From the NCBI RefSeq assembly GCF_009914755.1, contig NC_060939.1: a stretch of DNA of 64,000 bases; one strand, 5' to 3'. The notes beneath the pieces are model-generated. The model was not told where the DNA came from. It searched no databases and saw only the letters and a list, made by a program, of their open reading frames with translations. Below, in pieces: positions 56,195-64,000 of this stretch. The stretch's first letter is position 1. Each line of letters opens with the position of its first letter. The stretch is from the human T2T-CHM13v2.0 reference genome, Homo sapiens. The position numbers and the translations under genes are program-made.

Positions 56195-57371
56195 GCCTAA
56201 GAAAATTAGGAAATAGAAAGCTGAAAAGGCAGTTCCTCGGATCTGGGACATCATTTTTAGACTGACAGCCAATTTAAATCCTATTGGAATCTTTTATAGG
56301 TGGAGTGTATATATTTAAAAAAAAAGAATTTGAAGCTCAAAAAGCCATGGGATGCACTCTACAGGAAACTAGACAATTGAACCATGAAGACCAGAGGCAC
56401 AGATGTTTAAAGTACATCATGTGTGCAGCAAGTCAGCACTCTTCACTTCATGCTTCTGGAACTCTGGATTAAGCAGCACTAAGAACACTAAGTCTGCTTG
56501 TCTGCTTAGAAAATTACACCACCAGAATGGACTCCTCAAAGTTCTGAAGGCAATGATTTGAATAACTTGCTGTCCTAGTGTGTACTGGATCACTTCTCCA
56601 AGGGAGGGCATCTGTATCTGGCCTACTGGCGTCACATGTCTGGTTGGTTGGGTAAAAGTTGCTCCCATACATGGGAAGAGGTGAATTTCTTCATGAAGTT
56701 TCAACTATTTGACCATCTAAGGATGAGGAAGCATTGCTTCCAAACAGAAAATCCAGCTTATCTCAAATGTTTGCTTCTGGAGCATCTGAGAGGATATGGC
56801 CAATGACACGATGAGAACATGTTGCCTGTGTAAAGAACTGCTTCCCAGCACTCTGAAACCCCTGGACTTCACCAGTGAGCTCAGGGTCTATCAAGAGCTT
56901 TTCTTTGACTGGGATATTCATTCCATTTATTCAAGTTGAAGCCACACTGTACTTTTCCAAAGGGTGAACGAAATCATAGAAATGATTGAAAACACAAAAC
57001 AAGTGGTGAGGGGATTCTGAGCCTGCACAGAGAGAGGCCGGCCAGAGGCGGAGCCGGGGGTGGAGCTTGTGGAATTCCTTTACCACCCACAGAAGGAACT
57101 GGGGACTAAAACCATGATTCTTGCCACTTCCCAGAAATTCTCAAACCAAGAGCTCTGTCCAGGGAGATAATATCTTCTGAATGTACTGGCAGCCCCAGGA
57201 AGAGACAGGAAAATCAGCCAATGGGGTCAGACTTAGGAGAAAGAAAGAATGAGGTCTTTCAGGAACCTAGAGTGCAGGGTGATTTGATACTTGAGTTCCG
57301 AATGCTGTCAGCCCCCAATTGACAAACAGGTAGAGCTCCAAAATTTCATTTCTATATTAGTATTTAGAACT

Positions 57372-57538
57372 TGGAATGGCCTGTCCAATAGAAACAATGT
57401 TAATAGGTGGTGGTTTGGTCTCCAGACCAGTCAAATAGCAGTCTCTCAGCTGCATTATCAGCTGAATAGGCTATTGTGGGCTGGTCTGGGAACCTGACCA
57501 CAACTTAAAATGTTGTTTCTATGGGAAAACACATTCCA
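57372..57538. mobile_element. Long imperfect palindrome, probably a Tigger-type (TcMar) MITE relic
   Basis: Nested inverted arms symmetric about 57455; arm atagaaacaatgtta..ggtggt..ggt..ccagaccag resembles recalled Tigger subterminal sequence. The palindrome is certain, the family is not. Confidence 0.7.
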
Positions 57539-58245
57539 CGGCAGGCAACCAGAGGAAAACTTGGCCACTCAAACCCACCATGTCTCAGCTTAGTAAGCTG
57601 CCCAGTGATCTGTGAGAAATGAACACCTTAAACTCAGGCAACTCCACACAGTCCTGAGAGGGCAGCCAGAGTCAGAGCCGTCCCAGCCCAGGCTTGACAC
57701 CCTTCTGGACCCCCTGCATGAGACCATCAGGGCCAATACAGGACATCCACAGGTCCATGAATCAGAGACTTAAAACCTGGAGAGTTCTCATCCTCGATGC
57801 ACCTGATTTATTTTAAAGGCCAGAAGATCCCGCCCCATTAGCAACTATAACATAAAATCAGTATCCTGGACTGGCTCACAGATAGACTTCAGTGAGCTAT
57901 TTCTAGCACGAGTGGCTTACACGTGAAGCAAGGAAGCAAGTCCGTTTTGAATCCTATTTGGTGACTTTAGTCTCATACCAAAATTATTCAAGAATTTCAC
58001 CTCTCCTAAAACTGGAAATTACCAGCGTTTTTTTTGTGTGTGTATGCAAGTTCCTTAAATATAGCAAGTTCAGATTTATCTTTACAATCCCAGCACCTAA
58101 CACAATACTTGAATCTTAAGTGGTAAATGAGAGTTTAGAGTTTCATTTACCACTAAGACAACATAAGTTAATGAGAAGTCTATCAGAGTAGTGAGTATTT
58201 AATTTATTTAAAAAGGTGGATATGTTTATAAGAAACTTTTAAAAA

Positions 58246-58465
58246 AAGATCCAGCCTGGGCAACATAGCGAGAATCTATATCTTCAAAAAAATTTTTAAA
58301 TTAGCCAAGATGGTGGCATGCACCTGTAGCTTCCCAGCTACTTGGAAGGCTGAGTGGGAGGATCACTTGAGCCCAGGAGGTTGAGGCTAGAGTGAGCCGC
58401 AATCACGCCACTGCACTCCAGCCTGGGTGACAGAGCAAGACCCTGTCTCAAAAAAAAAAAAAAAA
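58246..58465 (+). mobile_element. 5'-truncated AluJ (Jo/Jr-like)
   Basis: ggaggatcacttgagcccaggaggttgaggct, gcaagaccctgtctc plus poly(A). Confidence 0.9.
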
Positions 58466-59059
58466 TGAAAAGTATAATTACTAGTAAGAAATCAGTATCA
58501 TTTCATCTACTTTTTTAAATTTTAGAAAATTAAAAGGAAAAAATCTAACACATAACAACAATTACCCATAAGTGGAATACATGGAGTACGAGAGTGAAAT
58601 TCTTCCATGTTTCAGTTGCATCATTTAGAAACATTTATAGCTACAAAAGCTTCAGAGATCTTGTAGCTCAAACCATATTTCATAGCAGTCAACAGGCCAT
58701 GGATCTTTAAAACATTTCTCTATCTAGCCCTCCCATCAAAACAGGGACAATATTGTTGCTCAGGAACAAAAATAAATAAATAAATCACTAACAGATTTTA
58801 AGTTTCTATAAAGTCAGAGGAAGTTAGGTAAAAGCATGCAGTTTGCTGAGATTATTTCATTGAAATTAACACTTCACAATATTAGCAGTCAAAAACTTAA
58901 GTTTTTTTTTTAATTTTGAAATTGAAACAAAGTTGTAAGCATTTATTTTTTAAACATTTAGATATGTGGAAAACTTTTAATAAAAATAGTCTAATTTAAA
59001 TTTAAGGGAATTTAACCAAATCAGTACTTTAGTCCACATGAAGTCATTCAGTGGAATAA

Positions 59060-59230
59060 AAATAATAATTAGCAACTATTAGAGAGCTTTAATTTATAAA
59101 ATTTACTCTTCCCCCAAACCCTATCAAGAAAATGTATTGGTGTGCTCATTCTCAGATGAGGAAACTGAAAATGTGAGAAGTGAAGTAATTTTTCAAAGGC
59201 TACACAATGGAAACGTCATAAATCCCTAAT
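59060..59230 (-). mobile_element. MIR
   Basis: ctcattctcagatgaggaaactga...gaagtgaagtaatt. Confidence 0.75.
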
Positions 59231-60899
59231 TAAAAACCAAAAGACTTTATTAATAACATTCCAAGGTTAGTGTTAAAGATTTTTAGATTAGAGATTAGAA
59301 AGATGTTTCCATAAATACTCCAAAGAGAATGTATTCTCTTTTTTGTATAAACTAATTTGTACATCATTTTTTGTGCTCTGATTTTTTTACTAGGTTTGCA
59401 AAATAAATAAATAAGACAGTGTTTTGGAAGTGTATTAGCAAAGGAAAACAATGTAAAGAGAACACATTTTAGGAACATTCACTCCTATAGATTGGCACTT
59501 CTGTTTCTGAAATAGTTTCTGCATTTCCCAACAGAGAATGAGTATTCTGTCCTGCACCCTCCGGTAAAAACATTAGTCAGCTCTTAACATGCTCAACGTT
59601 TGAGGGAGTGGATGTGTAGAGAGCACAAGAAAGATTCAACATGTGGATAATTCAAAACCTACTCAGAGCTGGCATTGGAATGTGTTAGTACACACACTTC
59701 AACATGGGTGTGGCTTGTCTTTTGAAAAGTAGCTCAAAGCAAAACCATCAGGACACGCAGGCAACTGTCTGACCCGGCTTAGGAAGACAATGAGCTGCTC
59801 GAAGGCCTGGGTGATCCAGATGATCTTCTAAAAAAAACCCTCCAATTTCACGTCTCTGTGACTTAATTCAGAGGCTGCTGGGATATTGTCCATTACACAG
59901 AGAAAGTGGTGACTGTCCTCATTCCAATGGCCAGCACAGCTCTTCCCTGAAATCCAACCCGAAAGATTTCCCTCTCAGTGTGAGTGATGCCAGCACTGTC
60001 CTCTCAGCACCCTTCCAGCTCCAGGGAAGATGTCACAGTATTTGTGTTTCAAGCTATAATTAAGCAGAGCAGGTGCTAAATGCCAGCACAAAGTTTCAAC
60101 ATGACAACTTCTGAAGTGGTGATGATGATGTCAAAACAGACAGAAATACATCCACCTCGCATACCTAAAGGGCTTCCAAATCTCTGTAGCAGCACCCACT
60201 GACGAAAAAGCAGTTCCAAAAGCCTGTCATTTCACCCAGGAGTTTTCTATCAAGTAAGAATACATGAGGCCTTAGAGAATGACGGACATGTTTCACTGAC
60301 ATGAAACACACGGGTGATGTGCCTGGCACACATGCACATGCGCACGTATCATCCCCTACAAACAGTCGGGGAGGTGCTCCTGGGGCAGCTCTTGTCCCTA
60401 CCTTCCTTTCCCCAAAGGGGACTGGGTGTACCAGTAATTTTCAGAATCTTTCATTTGAATCACTAAGGTTGTACTTGTTCCAATTTCTTGAAGAAAAAAA
60501 AAAAAAAGAGCATTCCTGAGAGAGCAATGCCGAAATGAAGGTACAAAAATTCACTTCTGAATATTAAAATCTCTGCAGATATCTTCTTTATTACCCTCAT
60601 AGTCCAAAATCTTACCAACTTTTCATAAGGTTCTTGCCTGAAATCCCTTACTTTAAAATAAAAACACATTGAGTGCTTCCACCTTGACACTCACAAAAGA
60701 TCATGGGATAAATGGACCTTTGCAGAATTATTTTCTTCCCTTTCAAATGCCAGGCTCCTTCTGTGTGAATTTTCCACAATTTCATAGCTCATAATAGCCT
60801 ATCCTTACTGTTAGATATTAAATAATTTTTCTACAACAAAGTCGCAGATAAGAAAAATCAGACCCAGCATATTGCAAACATTACTGGCTGTGAAGCATT

Positions 60900-61980
60900 G
60901 AGCCTAAGTTCAAAACTAGGAGTAAAACTTTACAGCATTAGTAAGTCAATAGGAAATGACAGAATTTGAATATCCCCATTCTGCCACCCTAATAGATCTA
61001 GAAAACGATTATCAATGAATGCTAATAACACAAAAAGAGAGACTAGTAGTAATGATGTCCCTCCTAATGGAAGGACACATACCACTTATAAAGTCTTCTT
61101 GAAAAAAAAGTTAATTGAGTTGAATCAAGCATCTAGCTCTAACTAGCAATTCACAACAAATACAGGGGACTGAGAAACATGGTAGGACCATACCACTGGA
61201 ATGCAGTCATCACTGGACTGCAAGAAACTCTCCAGTGGTGAAAGCCATGTGTGGTCCAAGGACTGGCCAGTGCTGTTCTACAAACTAGACGTTACTAGTC
61301 TATATTGAGATAAGGAGTTTAAGCTAGAATCTAAACCATCTCACTGCTTCCTTCATCGAGAAAGTCTCCCTAGAAATAAAATATCAGCTGAACTAAATAG
61401 TGTGCTTAGTGACATATTTTGGATTTACACCCTGGCTTCTCATCTCATCATGGACCAGTAACAGGAGTTTGTGGACTGGCATCTTAAGAAGCACTGGTGT
61501 AGAGGACAGGAACCAATTTCTTCAATACATAAATTACAAGGAAAAACTGACAGGGGGACAATCTACATATTCAAAAATATTTAAGACAGATCAACCAATT
61601 GCAAAATATGGACTTTTTTGGATCCTGATTTGAATAAACTGCAAAAAAACAAATAAAATTTATGACTCAATTAGGAAATTTTAAATATTCACTGAATATT
61701 TGATAATATTAGAAAATTAGTGTTAATGGTAAACAGAATAATGTTATTGTGTTTATGTTTCTTAAAGGGCCCTTATCTTTTAGGACACACATTGAAATAT
61801 TTAAAAGTAAAATGATTTTTCAAGGATTTACTTCAAAATAAATGCAATGAGGGAGAGAAGAAGTAGATAAAACAAGATTGACCATTAATTGATAAATGCT
61901 GAAGCTGGATCATCATTGTATCCTTCTTGCTAGTTTTGAAATTATCCACATCTGTGTTAAATAAAATTCTTTTTAAAAAA
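60900..61980 (+). mobile_element. L1MC4/5-type 3' UTR interrupted by a Charlie element
   Basis: ggatcctgatttgaataaac, gggcccttatcttttag...acattgaaatattt, gataaaacaagattgacca. Confidence 0.7.
61233..61497. mobile_element. Charlie4-family hAT element
   Basis: cagtg...cactg termini; internal gaaagtct...tcagctgaactaaatagtgtgcttagtgac. Confidence 0.75.
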
Positions 61981-62862
61981 CACAAATTTGCAGCAGCACC
62001 TGGCCTAGTCCATCCTGATATCCACAGTCTCCTACATGCCATCATGCCACACTTTTGTTTTCTGTTTTCGTTCACTTGAAGAACCACCTTTATCTGTTAC
62101 GCAGCTCAACATTCCTGAGAGGGAGGGGACCCCCATTAAGAGACAACAGTCCAATCCCAACATGTGTACCATGTTAAATCAGTGGCAAGAACTAACCAAA
62201 GTGTTCCTACTAAGTATCCAGCTACTAAATAAGGTTACAGTTCACTAGATGAAGAATCCAAGAACAAATGACTTCACTACACCTGTGCAAACAATTAACA
62301 TGTCGGTCCAGGGGATGGATCCCCTTGGGCATCACAGGTCCTTTTTGACATGATTCATTTTCATAAAGACATTTTATCTTTCTTTATGACAAACATAAAC
62401 CCATCAGTTAACAAAAGATGTGTTTTGGGGGAAGGGGTTTTTGTGTATCAGGTCCATAAAAAGGTTAAATTTGGGTTTTTCTGTGCATAAGTGGAAGAAT
62501 TCTTATGGACATGGGAAATATGAAATGGAGGGAGGAAATCATTTAGCAAAGAATCCTGGTATGTCTTCTGACCTTTCAATGTGTGAGAATGTGTGTCAAA
62601 CAACCTATTTTCAAGGAAGGTCCCAAATGCAAATGAGCAGATGAGTCAGTCTGCAGTCAAATTAGACCCTGCTGTCTTCTGTCAAAGTTCAATAATGTCT
62701 GGATTAAGTTAGAACTGCTTACAAGCAAAAGGAGAAAAAGTGGTTTGCCTATCTTTGTAAAATACCTGAAAGGTTTTCAAAACTTTAAAAGGAAAAGTTT
62801 ATTTTATTTGAGGTTTATTTTTTTCCCAGGAAGTCGGTAGAGCACAGAAAATACCCGGTATT

Positions 62863-62927
62863 TGCAGTGAGCCGAGATTGTGCCACTGCACTCCAGCCTG
62901 GATGACAGAGTGAGACTCCATCTCAAA

Positions 62928-62958
<31 letters not shown>
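62863..62958 (+). mobile_element. Extremely 5'-truncated Alu (~60 nt of right arm plus tail) with TSD
   Basis: tgcagtgagccgagattgtgccactgcactccagcctgg...ctc(A)n(GAAAA)n; TSD agaaaatacccggtatt (62846-62862) / agaaagtacctggtatt (62959-62975). Confidence 0.92.
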
Positions 62959-62963
<5 letters not shown>

Positions 62964-63669
62964 GTACCTGGTATTCATTTGTTTGATTTTATATTCTTAC
63001 TTTTTTACAAACTTTCTGTTGGTGATGGTGTGATTTACCCCACGGGGATGAGAGACATTAAGTAATTTGAACATTTTCAATGGCAAATAGAAAAGTAACT
63101 ATTATCTGTTCAAATCGTTCCTTATTTAAAACACTCTACTCTTATTTTTATAGGCTGTGAATGAATATGAAGCAACCGCAACTTCTTAGAGTTTACTGCC
63201 AATCAGTTAACCAGAGCTGGCATGTAGGGTGCAGCGTATAGGAACTCTACGAAAGCTATGCCTAAATTAAGATAATGTATGTTTTGTTCCACTCTCACGG
63301 ATGTTCAATAGTTTAAGACCTCTCCGAAAGTCAACTCTCATTAAAATCAAAATGGAAATCATTAAGAGAAAATTTAAAAATAAAAAGATTTTCAATTTCT
63401 CAAGAGAAAGAGGACACAGAAGAAGAAGAACAAATAAGAATCTCTTTGTAGTAAATGAGCATTATGTTGCTGCATGGCATGAAGCCAAAGGAAGGGAACG
63501 CTCAACTAGAAAGTGGCTCTTCTCAGGGGCTGCCAATCTGAGTCAGCCTGTCCCCAATCACGCAAGCAAGGCCTGCCCACAAAGCACCTAGAGAGGACAG
63601 TGATAACAGAGTGGGTGGAGGGAATACTGACGCTATGGAAAAGGGAGCTTTCTCCCTGTGAGTGCAGAT

Positions 63670-64000
63670 GTGTTGTGTTTGCCCATCCAGTATCCCTTCC
63701 CCTTCTCTGCTAACCAAACTCTTCGTTTCCTAAGCCCATTCCACATGGTTCAGGCAGGACTAACACATGGCTCAGTCCTGACCAGCTGGAGTGTCCTATT
63801 TCTTTGGCGACAGTGAAGGGCGTGTGACTGGGGCAGTGCTGGAGTTCTCCGCGAGATCTGACATGAGCAATCTGGAAAAGAGGGCTTATCTCTTTACCTC
63901 TGAGATTATGTGTTGAAAGGCAGTGTGGCTAAGAATTGTAGGTGGTCATCTGGGCTACCCAATTATAACCAAATCCTTACTCCAACAGAGGCAATTAAAG
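63670..64000 (+). mobile_element. Old MLT1 (J/K-like) LTR fragment
   Basis: tgttgtgtttgcccatccagtatcccttccccttctctgctaac start and degraded MLT1 motifs. Confidence 0.5.

Noticed and set aside
57035-57225. GC-box plus CCAAT cluster as an internal promoter
   Set aside because: No CpG island or initiator context; motif evidence alone is insufficient

Overview
Human/hominid genomic DNA lying entirely inside the 5' part of the fibrillin-1 gene (FBN1, 15q21.1), transcribed on the minus strand. Four coding exons were read directly, each with AG/GT boundaries and consistent phases: 45201-45283 (83 nt, FUN domain), 42919-43017 (99 nt, EGF1), 32334-32429 (96 nt, EGF2) and 28478-28573 (96 nt, EGF3). 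They correspond to c.165-538 (exons 3-6 in 66-exon numbering, 2-5 in legacy numbering; numbering from memory). The start-codon exon lies beyond the right edge and the next exon beyond the left edge. The rest is intron rich in interspersed repeats (L1, Alu, L2, MIR, MaLR/ERVL LTRs, hAT and Tigger-type DNA transposons) and microsatellites. Nearly all supplied ORFs are noise. I see no convincing new biological system. The best leads are: a textbook cryptic 3' splice site 6 kb past exon 6 followed by an in-frame stop and AATAAA; an in-frame upstream acceptor at exon 6; inverted Alu pairs around stop-free in-frame exon blocks; a ~165-nt palindrome; two twin-primed L1 insertions; and an unexplained 22-bp dispersed direct repeat. 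Repeat subfamily names come from recalled consensus sequences and need RepeatMasker/Dfam confirmation.
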